In this document: positions 41,552-51,998 of the stretch, in pieces
How positions within the stretch are numbered: the first letter of the stretch is position 1
How the letters are laid out: each line of letters begins with the position of its first letter
Source of the DNA: a bacterium
GTDB taxonomy: Bacteria > Orphanbacterota > Orphanbacteria > Orphanbacterales > Orphanbacteraceae
Assembly (NCBI GenBank): GCA_025782575.1
Contig: JALGYY010000048.1
Location: 13,182 to 77,181 of the forward strand
DNA: 64,000 nucleotides
Direction of reading: 5' to 3'
The notes under the pieces: model-generated
Told to the model about the DNA's origin: nothing
Seen by the model: the letters and a program-made list of their open reading frames with translations, nothing else
Database searches by the model: none
Made by a program: the position numbers and the translations under genes

Positions 41552-42547
41552 ATGCACGTATTGCTTGCCACCGACAGCAGCGCAGATGATCGAAAGACGT
41601 TTGCTGCGGCCGAATCTCTACTGAGAGCCGGGTTCCGTGTAACCCTCGGTGGGGACAAACTGTCCAGGCCGGTTTTTCAACTATCGGCGAGTATGGGGCA
41701 TCTGCACTACCCGCATCCGATCTCGAATCCATCGGCTTTCATTAGACAGGTTGTCGAGGCGGTCTCGACCCGATCCATCGATCTTGTCCTGCCTTTCTCG
41801 GATGGCACGACTATCGCGATAACCGACAGTCAAAAGCAGATCCAGTTTCGCACACTGGTAGCACCTCGTGAGTCCTTTCGGTTGGCATCTGATAAGCTGA
41901 GGCTCCTCAGGTATGCGGAGAGAATCGGAATCTCGATTCCGCGTACCTATGCTCCCGAAAGCCTTGACGATTACCGAGCTGTTGCCGATCAGATCCAGTT
42001 CCCATGTGTGGCAAAATGGAGGCGAAGCTCTGCAGGGATCGGACTTCAGTTTCCCCGGACTCCCGAGCAACTAATCCATTTGGCTAAAGCCGACAAGCTG
42101 AAATCCGATTCCGCATTCGATCAGCGCCATCTTGTTCAAGAGTTCATTCCCGGGGAGATACGGGACGTGGCTTGTCTTTTTCGAAATGGTAAACCTCTCG
42201 CCACGTTGGTTAGCCGGAGAATCACAATGCAACCTTCTACAGGTGGTCCGGGGTTGGTTGTAGAGACAGTAAGTGATCCGGCTCTTGCAAGGCTCGGCGA
42301 AAAGCTCCTCTCCTCGTTGGATTGGCATGGACCGGCCCAGGTAGAATTTCGGGTCGATGAGCGAAACGGTGAACCGTATCTAATGGAAATCAATGCTCGC
42401 TTCTGGGGGACTCTCGCCCTGGCGATTGAAGCAGGGATTGATTTCCCCGTCATGGCGTGTCGCATGGCTTTGGGAGAGGAAGTTGAAATCGGCCAAGAGT
42501 ATCGCTCGGGCATCCGTCGTCGATTGCCGTTCCTGGAGGGCCCTTAG
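41552..42547 (+). CDS. ATP-grasp domain protein (polysaccharide-locus type)
   Basis: DKLRL..IPRT, LVQEFIPG, QVEFRVD, LMEINARFWG. Confidence 0.85.
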   Translation: MHVLLATDSSADDRKTFAAAESLLRAGFRVTLGGDKLSRPVFQLSASMGHLHYPHPISNPSAFIRQVVEAVSTRSIDLVLPFSDGTTIAITDSQKQIQFRTLVAPRESFRLASDKLRLLRYAERIGISIPRTYAPESLDDYRAVADQIQFPCVAKWRRSSAGIGLQFPRTPEQLIHLAKADKLKSDSAFDQRHLVQEFIPGEIRDVACLFRNGKPLATLVSRRITMQPSTGGPGLVVETVSDPALARLGEKLLSSLDWHGPAQVEFRVDERNGEPYLMEINARFWGTLALAIEAGIDFPVMACRMALGEEVEIGQEYRSGIRRRLPFLEGP

Positions 42548-42594
42548 GGTGAATCCCTCAAGCTTCAATTGCTGCTCGCTTCAATTCCTTCGAA

Positions 42595-42999
42595 CTAATA
42601 CATCATCGCCGGATTGTTGTAGTGCTTGAATTCGATCAGATTATTAGACGGGTCTCGTAGAAAGAACGAAATGTGCTCGTCGATGTCCCCGCCAAACCGC
42701 ACGAATGGTTCACGAAACATTACCGCTTTACTTCGGCGAGCCCGCATCAATACTTTGTCAAAATCCTTTCGATGGAGAAACGTAACCCCAAAATGGCGGG
42801 GGTATATTTCAGGCTCCCGATCAATCTGGTCTGGCAAGAGATGACAAACCAACTGATCGCCAAAAAAGTCGAAGGTTACTCGATCATCACGACGGCGAGC
42901 CCGGCGGCAACCGAGGACCTCCACATAGAATGCTTCGGCCTCGTCAAGATCCGCACAGGGTATTGCCTGATGAAATACATTTTCCGGATTACGGGGCAT
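42595..42999 (-). CDS. VOC/glyoxalase family protein
   Basis: FHQAIP..FYVEVLGC..FFGDQLVCH..HFG..DPSNNLIEFK. Confidence 0.88.
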   Translation of the reverse strand: MPRNPENVFHQAIPCADLDEAEAFYVEVLGCRRARRRDDRVTFDFFGDQLVCHLLPDQIDREPEIYPRHFGVTFLHRKDFDKVLMRARRSKAVMFREPFVRFGGDIDEHISFFLRDPSNNLIEFKHYNNPAMMY

Positions 43000-43197
43000 G
43001 CGTGCTCCCAAGTACTACCGTCTCGACGATCAGGTTGAGATTCTATCAAATCGGCCCATGACGACCAAGTATTCGGGGACAACTGCCTGAGCCGTTTGGC
43101 CGACTGGCCTCTATAATAGGGAAGCAGACATCGAATTCATTCAGAAAAATCCGTCCGGGTTGATCCTGCGACCTGGCGTTCATTACGTTAGGATTCG

Positions 43198-43956
43198 CTA
43201 CGATCTCCACCGGGACATCGGCCCCAGATCAAGCGCCTTGTCGACGCATTCCTTCTCGAGCAGACGGACGGCCCGGCGGCTTTGCAAGCCTGCTTCGCAG
43301 CAGATGATGGAGTGCCGGCCGCGGAAATCATCCAGGTTATCGCGGATCTGATCGAGCGGGACGTTCATTGCTCCGGGGAGATGACCACGGGCGAAGTCTA
43401 CAGGAGTCCGGACATCGATGAGAATCCCGCCCGAAGATAGCATCTCCTTCGCTTTTTCGAGTGGCACCCGGGGTGTCCATTCGCCCATCAGTCGGAGGGC
43501 CACTTCATACATCCAGGATGCCGCACAGAAGTGCGTCGCTATGACGATGATCTGGAGCGGGATGAGGATCGCTCCGAGCAGGTATGCCGCTGTCGGGCTG
43601 TTCCAGGTGAACGCGGCCCCTATCCCGAGATTCATCGACCCGCCGATGAAGCAGGCAATTCTCCTCGGCAGCGGGTTGGGCGGAAGCTTGACTCCGTTCC
43701 ACATCGGCCGGATTGCATTATTGTAGATTATGTCAAAAGGATGCCACGCAGGAATCCAGAACCAGAGGATGCCGAGCAGGGCGAGAGCGAAGTGGATCGC
43801 CGGCTGCTGCGTCACGAGACCCGAGACGGCGACAAACATGCATACCGCCGGCGTGAAGCGGAGGCCCCAATCAATCTTCTTCAGTTCTTCGGGCCCGTAG
43901 CGATAACCCTGCTGCGCCAGAGATCTCTCTTTGAAACTGAGTGACCCGCTCTCCAT
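43198..43956 (-). CDS. DUF4395 membrane domain fused to a rhodanese domain
   Basis: LRFTP, HPFD, PRRIAC, THFCAASWMY, then IDVRTPVDFARGHLPGA...CCEAGLQS; RBS GGAGG before ATG 43956. Confidence 0.85.
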   Translation of the reverse strand: MESGSLSFKERSLAQQGYRYGPEELKKIDWGLRFTPAVCMFVAVSGLVTQQPAIHFALALLGILWFWIPAWHPFDIIYNNAIRPMWNGVKLPPNPLPRRIACFIGGSMNLGIGAAFTWNSPTAAYLLGAILIPLQIIVIATHFCAASWMYEVALRLMGEWTPRVPLEKAKEMLSSGGILIDVRTPVDFARGHLPGAMNVPLDQIRDNLDDFRGRHSIICCEAGLQSRRAVRLLEKECVDKALDLGPMSRWRS

Positions 43957-44122
43957 ATCTTCCTCCCATTGATTGCCCGACATTTCGGACATTAAAGCAT
44001 GAATCTCTTGTCCTGCCAAACCGAATAAAGATGAATGGGGAGGTTGCGAAGTAAATGCGGACGGAGTATTTTGGGACTACAGGAGGTGAGTGTCCACATC
44101 GACCGCCTTCTGCGTTTCTGAT

Positions 44123-44953
44123 TCACCCGATCTTGCGGATCATCGACATCCCGGTATCGTGGAGCATCTTCGCGACGTTCGACATGAGTTGCAAGGTTTG
44201 CTGCGTCTTTTGGAGCATGCTCTGGAGGTCGACATTGGCTAGCTGGGCGTCATCACTAACCGTCGACAATTTTTCTTCCATCCCATGTATGGCGTCACTG
44301 AAATCGATCCGGGCTTTAGAAATTTCATCGCGAAGACCTGTCTTCAATTCATTAAAGTACCGTATCTTGTCGGCGTAGAACTGCAAGTCTTCGAGGCTCT
44401 CAACATAGGCTTGGCGAAGAGTGTCCTGAATCAGCTTGTTCAAATCGGCGTCGCCTGCCGCCCCAACTGCTTTCTGCCAAGCATCCGTCCCTTTACCGTA
44501 CCCCCCTGCCTTAAGGTGAGCCGCAGTACTATCAAGACCGGCACGAGCGGCCCCCGTAACAACACTGCCTGTCGCAGTGGTAAGACTAATGCCGACATTG
44601 GTCCACGCCAGTGTCCGCTCGGCCTGATGCTTCGCGGCAGCCTGGTCCTTCTTGTTCTTCATTGCCTCGATCTTTGTCTCCTGCATCTGCGTAGCCATGT
44701 TCTTATCGCCCGATGACTCTTTCTGCGCCATCTTCACCGTCGCAAGCAGCGTCTGGATACCGGGTGACTCAAAATCGGACGGCGAGCCGGACATGAGCTT
44801 CGATAACCCGCTGGAGAATGCCTTGGCGCGCTGATCGGTAGACTTGCCATGGTCGGGTCGGAGGATATTCTGCTTTCCCGCCTGTTTCCCAGGGTTCGGA
44901 GGCGTAGCATCGGGCTGGATCGGGGGTTTCTGCGGATCATTCGGGATCTTCAC
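44123..44953 (-). CDS. Hypothetical helical protein with T3SS translocator/filament-like C-terminus
   Basis: RBS AGGAGG and GTG start; no Sec signal; central Gly/Thr-rich hydrophobic helix; ends DLQSMLQKTQQTLQLMSNVAKMLHDTGMSMIRKIG. Confidence 0.75.
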   Translation of the reverse strand: MKIPNDPQKPPIQPDATPPNPGKQAGKQNILRPDHGKSTDQRAKAFSSGLSKLMSGSPSDFESPGIQTLLATVKMAQKESSGDKNMATQMQETKIEAMKNKKDQAAAKHQAERTLAWTNVGISLTTATGSVVTGAARAGLDSTAAHLKAGGYGKGTDAWQKAVGAAGDADLNKLIQDTLRQAYVESLEDLQFYADKIRYFNELKTGLRDEISKARIDFSDAIHGMEEKLSTVSDDAQLANVDLQSMLQKTQQTLQLMSNVAKMLHDTGMSMIRKIG

Positions 44954-45179
44954 GGCAGCCTCCTGGCGTTTAGAGTCTCGCAGCGATCGTGCTGTACCGC
45001 CAAGAAATTCTTTCGCGATATCCGCCTGACCACAGATCGATCATCATTTATGCTTGAAGCCATGATACCACAACTACTTTTCGATACATCAGCTTCCCAA
45101 ACCGGTCTACCGCCACGCCCTTCAATTAGTTGGTGCCGCTATTGCGCGGAGCGAGTTTCATGGAGCAACAGACGGAATG

Positions 45180-45830
45180 CTAGAGGAGTATTTCTGCGCC
45201 GTGCTTCGCTTCGATTTGTTGGATCTCTGAAAGGATCGCAGCGGCGTAGGACGGGTGGCCGTTCCACGACTCGGGATCGCCAGGGGAAAGGCCGTTATCC
45301 GGCGCAAGGCGGTCGACCTCCTCCTGCGCATTCACAAAGAATTCCGGCCCCTGTCCGAAAAATGCACTGGCCAGAATGACTCGGAGGTCTCGGTAGTCAA
45401 CACCCTCAAAGTGAACGAACACCCAAGAGGGATCCTCTAAAAGAGCGGCTTCCGCCATTTCGATCGCGCCCTCCCGATTTCCCACCGCAAGTAATACGGC
45501 CGCGTATCCGGCATATGTTTCTGCATCAGATGAGCCGGCGGCCGCCACGGCAAAGTGTGTCGCCGCCGAATCGAGTTCTCCTTGGAACGCGAACGACCAA
45601 CCGAGCCCTGACTCGGCTAACAGCGAGGATGGTTCGCGCGCCAGAATCTCGTAGAAGAGTATTACCGCGTCCGAGTACTCCCCAACCTCGAACACGCTCC
45701 AGGCGTCATCGAGAGTAATTTCTCCCGACGGTCCCGGAGTATTCGTCCCGCCGTCACCGCAACCGGCCAGGGCCATGAGAAGCGCCGCTGACCGAAGAAG
45801 GCCTGCCCCCCGGGCGCGCGAGTAAATCAC
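45180..45830 (-). CDS. TPR-containing lipoprotein
   Basis: Lipobox LAGC; TPR-like helices (AESGLGWS...AATHF); GTGA overlap with the upstream gene. Confidence 0.8.
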   Translation of the reverse strand: MIYSRARGAGLLRSAALLMALAGCGDGGTNTPGPSGEITLDDAWSVFEVGEYSDAVILFYEILAREPSSLLAESGLGWSFAFQGELDSAATHFAVAAAGSSDAETYAGYAAVLLAVGNREGAIEMAEAALLEDPSWVFVHFEGVDYRDLRVILASAFFGQGPEFFVNAQEEVDRLAPDNGLSPGDPESWNGHPSYAAAILSEIQQIEAKHGAEILL

Positions 45831-48800
45831 TTTAGAAGAACCATTTTCTTCGTCTCCACGAATGATCCGGCTTCGAGCCGGTAGAGGTAGACGCCGGAGG
45901 CCAGATTACCTCCCCTTTCCTCTGTGCCGTTCCACGATACTTCGTGTGGCCCGGCTTCGAATATCCCATCGACGAGACGGGTGATTCGCCGACCCTGGAC
46001 GTTATAGATGTCGAGCTTTATGTGCTCACGGTCGGCAAGCGTGAACGATATTGTCGTAAACGCGTTGAACGGATTAGGTACGTTTGGCGCGAGTGCGGTG
46101 AGCACCGGTATCCCGTCGCCTGGAGAGCCCGCCCCGATCGTGAATGCGCCGAGCCGATCAGTGATGGCGACGAGTGTCCCTGTCTCGTCGTCGAAGGCCG
46201 TCGGAAGCGCCGTCCAGGATCCGTCCGGATCGCGGCGTAAGATGCGAAGCGCGGCGGCCGGATCACTCTGTTCATCGTGCGGTGCGGCGAGACGAACCTC
46301 GGCCGGCTTTTCGAGCCTGGCCCCTTCGGGCTGCAACCGGTAAATGATCGCCGACTCGTCATCCTCCCCCGCTCCCGTATCCCGTGTGAGCAGGACGAAC
46401 CCGTCCCGCCGAAATGCGCCGTCCGGAACGGAGAGCTGGAATCCGCCGTCGGAACTTTTAATCGTTCTCCGCTTTTCATCCACCGGAAAGCTCTCGAACG
46501 TGTAGCTCGTCTCACTCCGGTTGAGTGCTTCATCGGTCGCGACGGCGATTACCGCAATCTCTCCCTCACTGTCATCGGTGAGCACGTATGATCCGGCGTA
46601 AACCGAAGTGCCGTCGCCGCCGCGCGGCTCCATCGGGATCGTGTCGCCCGCGACGACCACGGTCGGCGATTCCGAAAGAGGCTCATCCACAACCACGATA
46701 ATCTCGAGGAACGCCGGGAGGATCGGGTTCTGAAGAACCCCGATCGTTGTTTGCGGCGCGTCCCGATCGGGAATAGTCTCGGTGGTAAACACAGCATAAA
46801 CACCGAGCTTCGTGATCGACGCCACCACTTCGTGAAACGCCGTGTCCACCACACCCCCCACCGACTCCCATTCCGACGATTCGGGGATCCAACGGAAAAT
46901 CTGTAGGGAGAACTCGTTCCCATACGGGCCGTCGCTCGATTCAAAGAGGCTTTCCGAGTAACGAATGGTCGCCGTGTTTTCACCCGATAGATCTCCTGCC
47001 GGCACGAGGGAGAGGGCGTGTGCCTTACTCGATTGTATCGACAACGGGTCTAACCCGCCCCGGGGTACGGGATAGGGAGAAGAAAGAATCGCGGTCTTCT
47101 CGACATCGTTCGTCGGGTCAAACGTGAACCATGCGGCACCGTCAGAGCCTTTCGCCGCTTCCCCCGATCCTTCAGGTGATTCAGAGACTTTGTATTCCTC
47201 TATAAAGAAGAAACTCTCTCCCGAGTCATCGACCGCCCAGACGGTGAACGATCCCGACGATCCGAGATCCTCTGTGACCAACGCATCGTAGCCGCCTTCC
47301 GATTCGAGGATTTCGAGAGAACTTTCTCCGCCCGCATTCGACGCATGATCGACTGTTGGCGGCGCAGTGAAGAGAACCGCGGGGTCGAGAGAAAACGTGA
47401 CGGCCCCGTTGTCGGAAAGTTGAAGAGAAACGACGGCCGGAAAGTGGCCGTTTACTTTTCGCAGTTCCAGCTCGACGCTCTCTTCTTCGGGGAGTCCCAT
47501 CGAGCCGGAATACCACTCACCGCTATGAGCCGCCCGCTTGCCGGTTAAGATTTCGCGGCCGTACGAGAGAACAGTGTCCCCCGTACGCACCCCGAGAAGG
47601 CGGATCTTACCCGCGTCCGACGTGTTACCCTGCACGATCGTGCGGCTTCCGGCGTGTACGGTGCGAACCGTTGAATTCGCCTTCGGATTCCCGGTAATCA
47701 AACCGAGTACGGTGAGCGACATCGTCCGGCCGACCGGCGGTCCCGGGTTGAGCGGGAATACCACGCGGGCGCCGACATCGTGGTCGAACTGGACCAGATG
47801 GCCGCCGCGCGCTTCCTCGTTCGGCCCGTACAGGTACGTACGGCCTGCTGGAAGCTCCCTCTCACCCGGCCGCACGATCGACGCCAGAACTCCGGAGTAT
47901 ATCTTTTCGAAAGTATCCTCGAACATCTTCGCGCACGATTTGTCATTGCTGAACCACTGCCTGGTGTTCCGGCAATCCTCAGTGTAGACCGCCTCGCTCG
48001 ATAGTTCGGACGCGCTAGGTTCAAAATGGGCACCATCGTTATCCATATAGCCGTATGGGCTATCATGAAGGTCGCGGACATCGCATCGACCTCCGAAACC
48101 GATAAACTTATACTCATCCTTAAACGAAAGCGCATAGTGACCCCACTCGTGAAGAATGGTCGAATACTGCGCCCCTTTCTTGAGATCGAGCGGGTCCTCG
48201 TCGTACGATTTGTTTCGCGCCTTGTCCGGATCCCCGTACGACTTTCGCGGCATATTAACTGGGGTACCGAAGAAGCCGGGTCCTCGATGGATACCATCGA
48301 CATCGCTAACACTAGGCCATACGGAATTGCTCGTATTGATCTGTATGTCCGCACTGTCCCAGTGATCTCCGTTATCGTAGATCATTACCGTGTCGATTCG
48401 AATCTGCCCGTCAGCCACATCGTAAAAGTAGTTTGATCCCCTGCGGAACACTTCCTCCAATGATCGAATGTAGGAAAGCAGGGCATCCCACTCTATGGAA
48501 ACGACGACATTGTAGGCGATAACCGTGTGGCCGATTTCGATGCGCTGGTTAAGGGTATCCTTCACTTCGTCGAAGGATGCCGCTCCCGTGCTATCATGAA
48601 ATTTCTCATTGTCTACTGTGATAGAGTACATCGAACCGGGGTTTGCAGATCGCTTGATCGCGGGCTCGATGTGAACCAGCTTTCTGATGCGAATCGAGTC
48701 GGCAATTTCGACGCCGAGGTCTCGCACTAGGATCCGCCCGAGTGAGTCGGTCGTAACAATTTCTTCTTGCGCCTCGATAAAGTCAGGCCTTTGACTCTCG

Positions 48801-50902
48801 AGGCGCGAAACAATGAACTCGGTCGTATCGATCGGCTCATCATTCTTGTCCACCAGAATCAAGTACTGCTGGGCGAAACACCTGGAAAACTCGGAGGTGT
48901 TGCCGCCCGTATCGGTCGCCGTCGCTGTGAGGTACTCATCGCTTTGCAGCTCATGAGCGATCGAGACAAGAAACGTGTCGAGCCCGGCGAAATTCGTGAC
49001 GATCGTCATCCCGCCCACCGACGTCCGGCCTTCTCCGTATTTGGTCGAGTCGCACTCATCGCTGACGAAAAATTCAAGAAGGTAGTCTACGAATGGCCGC
49101 GAGTTCAGCCTTCCGTAAATCTGTGTCACTCCAGCTCCCACCTGGACCGAGTCGATCTCGGGATAATTCTGTCGATCGTTTGCGCCGAGATCGATGTCCG
49201 CAGAGTCGTTCGGATTCACGACACCGTCTGGGGAGAGGTCGATCCCGAGACCTCTGTTCGCGTAGATAGAATTTTTCCGAAAAACGTTGCCCGTCCCTCC
49301 CGAAACTTCGATCCCCGCGGCACCATTGAAGGCGATCACATTCTCGTAGGCGATATCGATATCGCCGATCCGATTGCCGTCCGAGTTCACGATAAAGATA
49401 CCGTTCCCGGAGTTTCCGAGGTCCTTCTCGCCCTCTTCATCCGTTCCGATAATACAGCGCCAGATCTTGTTATCATCCTTCTCGCTCAGCACAATCCCGT
49501 TGCCGGAAAACTGCTCGATGATGAGTCCCTGGATCTTACTCATTCCCGCGCTCACCACCAGGCCGTGGATTTCTGCTCCTCCGACCAGTGTGTCCTCCCC
49601 CGAGAGTCGCACGTAATCACTTCCCGGCTGGGACGTCCCGTCGATGAACAGCGGTTGTACAATTTCGGGCAGCGCCTCAAGTACCGCGATCAGGGGAATT
49701 CCACTTGCGGCGATATTAAATTCGATCGTGTCAGGACCAACGCTGGAGTTTGCCTGTTCGATCGCAGCGCGGAGCGTACACTCTTCCTGGCCGTTCCCGA
49801 GGGTCGACCCGGTGTAGCACCGCCCGTCCGACGATGTCTGGTCATTGTCGTTCCCGGTAGAGTTCACGACGAAATGGTTCGTGGGCTTGATCGGGCGCAG
49901 GAGAACGTTACCTGCGAGAATCTCCCCGGCGTTGTTGATGTCGATGCCTGCCGGGATGGTGGTGATCGGGCTCCCGTCAGCGAATGTGTTTCCGGCGACG
50001 AGCGAGGTGAGGGCGTACACCGTGTCGTCAGCCCACAGAACGCCGCCAGCGGAACCGCGCCCCACGATCCACCCGTCATCGTTTACTGCGAGAGCATCGC
50101 TCAGTCCGCCGAGCCAGTCGTTGTGGAGATTCACAGCCGAGGTGTCTCGCCAAAGCACGGCCTGGTAGTTCGCCGATCCTTCCGGGTTCGCCCGGCCGAC
50201 GATCCATCCCTCGTTGTTGATGTCGTTCGCGAGGGTCCACACTCGGTTGTCCGGGCCGTCCGACAAGCGTGCCGGCGATCCGTTCGTCCAAACGGTAGCC
50301 CGCGACCCGATAGCGCTGCCGGTCGAGCGGCCCACCACCACACCGAGATCGTTGATGGCAACCGCATCGCCGCTTGGATGCCCGTTGAGCGGAACGAGGG
50401 TTTCTGCAGGACCATCCCCCCGCCACCACGCCGGCAAGACTGTATTGTCGAGCGTCCGCGCGACTCCGACGATTACCCCGTCCTCATTGATGTCGGTCGC
50501 CCGTGCTGCCCACTGCTCCATGTCCCATTCAAAGTTTACCGGTGCGAGATCGCGGAAGACCCCGTCCTCCCAATGGAAGGCGGCCGTCCTCCCGAACTCG
50601 GGCTCGTCCCATTGCCCGACAATCTCCCGATTCGAATTGATCCCATACGCTTCGATTCCGAGCCCGCTCAAACCGGGAAGCTCTTCGACGCTCCCATCCT
50701 GCCAGCGCCAGATCCAAGGCCCTTGCCGGTGGACTTCCCGTTTGGTGACTAGAACTTCACCGAACTCGTTCAATCGAACCGCCGATACGTTGATGGTTGA
50801 GTCCGGAAGAATCCGGTAGGCCTGGAAGGCCGGCTGCGCGTCGGCCGCGCCCGCAATGAGAGCGGTGGCAATTGAGGCGAATATGACAGGTCGGTAGGTC
50901 AT
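45827..50902 (-). CDS. 1691-aa secreted multidomain protein: HAF-type propeller + CSLREA/beta-helix + HExxH metalloprotease-like + FlgD_ig CTD
   Basis: AxxINxxGxIVG repeats; CTLRAAIEQAN; GNTSEFS; ILHEWGHYAL..DEY; PNPFNA...SGVYLY. Confidence 0.85.
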   Translation of the reverse strand: MTYRPVIFASIATALIAGAADAQPAFQAYRILPDSTINVSAVRLNEFGEVLVTKREVHRQGPWIWRWQDGSVEELPGLSGLGIEAYGINSNREIVGQWDEPEFGRTAAFHWEDGVFRDLAPVNFEWDMEQWAARATDINEDGVIVGVARTLDNTVLPAWWRGDGPAETLVPLNGHPSGDAVAINDLGVVVGRSTGSAIGSRATVWTNGSPARLSDGPDNRVWTLANDINNEGWIVGRANPEGSANYQAVLWRDTSAVNLHNDWLGGLSDALAVNDDGWIVGRGSAGGVLWADDTVYALTSLVAGNTFADGSPITTIPAGIDINNAGEILAGNVLLRPIKPTNHFVVNSTGNDNDQTSSDGRCYTGSTLGNGQEECTLRAAIEQANSSVGPDTIEFNIAASGIPLIAVLEALPEIVQPLFIDGTSQPGSDYVRLSGEDTLVGGAEIHGLVVSAGMSKIQGLIIEQFSGNGIVLSEKDDNKIWRCIIGTDEEGEKDLGNSGNGIFIVNSDGNRIGDIDIAYENVIAFNGAAGIEVSGGTGNVFRKNSIYANRGLGIDLSPDGVVNPNDSADIDLGANDRQNYPEIDSVQVGAGVTQIYGRLNSRPFVDYLLEFFVSDECDSTKYGEGRTSVGGMTIVTNFAGLDTFLVSIAHELQSDEYLTATATDTGGNTSEFSRCFAQQYLILVDKNDEPIDTTEFIVSRLESQRPDFIEAQEEIVTTDSLGRILVRDLGVEIADSIRIRKLVHIEPAIKRSANPGSMYSITVDNEKFHDSTGAASFDEVKDTLNQRIEIGHTVIAYNVVVSIEWDALLSYIRSLEEVFRRGSNYFYDVADGQIRIDTVMIYDNGDHWDSADIQINTSNSVWPSVSDVDGIHRGPGFFGTPVNMPRKSYGDPDKARNKSYDEDPLDLKKGAQYSTILHEWGHYALSFKDEYKFIGFGGRCDVRDLHDSPYGYMDNDGAHFEPSASELSSEAVYTEDCRNTRQWFSNDKSCAKMFEDTFEKIYSGVLASIVRPGERELPAGRTYLYGPNEEARGGHLVQFDHDVGARVVFPLNPGPPVGRTMSLTVLGLITGNPKANSTVRTVHAGSRTIVQGNTSDAGKIRLLGVRTGDTVLSYGREILTGKRAAHSGEWYSGSMGLPEEESVELELRKVNGHFPAVVSLQLSDNGAVTFSLDPAVLFTAPPTVDHASNAGGESSLEILESEGGYDALVTEDLGSSGSFTVWAVDDSGESFFFIEEYKVSESPEGSGEAAKGSDGAAWFTFDPTNDVEKTAILSSPYPVPRGGLDPLSIQSSKAHALSLVPAGDLSGENTATIRYSESLFESSDGPYGNEFSLQIFRWIPESSEWESVGGVVDTAFHEVVASITKLGVYAVFTTETIPDRDAPQTTIGVLQNPILPAFLEIIVVVDEPLSESPTVVVAGDTIPMEPRGGDGTSVYAGSYVLTDDSEGEIAVIAVATDEALNRSETSYTFESFPVDEKRRTIKSSDGGFQLSVPDGAFRRDGFVLLTRDTGAGEDDESAIIYRLQPEGARLEKPAEVRLAAPHDEQSDPAAALRILRRDPDGSWTALPTAFDDETGTLVAITDRLGAFTIGAGSPGDGIPVLTALAPNVPNPFNAFTTISFTLADREHIKLDIYNVQGRRITRLVDGIFEAGPHEVSWNGTEERGGNLASGVYLYRLEAGSFVETKKMVLLK

Positions 50903-51615
50903 TCACCGAATCCGGGAAATCGCGGTGATTGATTTAAGTAAGACAGTCTACTGAACAGTATATTAGGAATCTAAGGAGCGCAACATTCACCAGGCCATTC
51001 CGGAACATCTGCACCCTCAAATGACCCCGTCCGCGTTGCCGGGCTTGAGTTTATGGCGATCGTGAATCACCTATGATTCCATGATGCCATTACCACCAAA
51101 AGCAGAGCAGCACAGTGGTCGCCGGGCGAATGGCTCGAACCTCAACGCTCCGCGCTGCCCCGGTTTCCATTTCCGAGGCCTTCTAGGGCGCCTGGCATTC
51201 GCGTAGAACTATGAGCCATGAAGGTTAGTGAGTCACATCCCGCGTCACCCTCTGGCAGCTTCCGATTGCGACTCCAGTCCGAGCTAGCCGCGCGCTGCGC
51301 AACCAACGCCCGTACTCGATTCGATCTTATGCCCATCATCCTGACGTCGACCATTCCACCCTCTCTCAATCCATAAGAAGGCAATCGCTGGGTCGATCGT
51401 TCGCATGGATTGGTCGCCGGCATTGGGGATTTCACGCAGGCACCGAGTTGCTCGTCTATTCCAAGTACTCTCTCGTTACCAGATTCTCAAAACCCACTCT
51501 CCCGAACGGGTCTCGCTACCAGCCTCCCCGGGTAGGGAACGCATGCCGACATGCTAAGGCACCCCCCCTTGACGATAGGATCGACAAGCCGGACGGGATC
51601 CGGTGAAGGGGCGGC

Positions 51616-51998
51616 TCAGTCGCCGGAAAACATCGCGTCGACTTCCTTACGAAACGCCTCTTCATCGTACAGTGAACCATTCAGAATGGTGCTCCACTTT
51701 CGCGCTTGCGCTGCCGCAGCAATCGTTTCCTTGATCTCTGCATCGGTTGCGCCTGCGGCTTTCGCGGCGTTGGTGTGGAAGTAGATGCAGTACGTGCAGG
51801 GAATCTGGGCCGACACGCCGAGAGATATGAGTTCCCGCGTCTTTGCTGATAGCGCTGCATCCTCTCCCTGCAGCACCATCATATCGTTGAGGGCTGTTCC
51901 AATCGCCTGCTCCGGGTAAGTATTCTTCATGAAGTCAGGCGCTTCCTGAGCAACCAGCGCAGTGGCGGCAAACAAACTTAATCATCCTCATTGTTCAT
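51616..51998 (-). pseudogene. Carboxymuconolactone decarboxylase/AhpD-like protein with a frame-broken signal peptide
   Basis: KTRELISLGVSAQIPCTYCIYFHT. The RBS-associated ATG 51998 stops after 6 codons, out of frame with the ..FAATALVAQE signal remnant. Confidence 0.7.

Noticed and set aside
48767-50752. 661-aa plus-strand ORF and other long antisense ORFs (e.g. 2982-4058 alternative frame, 14793-15668)
   Set aside because: These are shadow frames of clear genes in GC-rich DNA and have no motifs.
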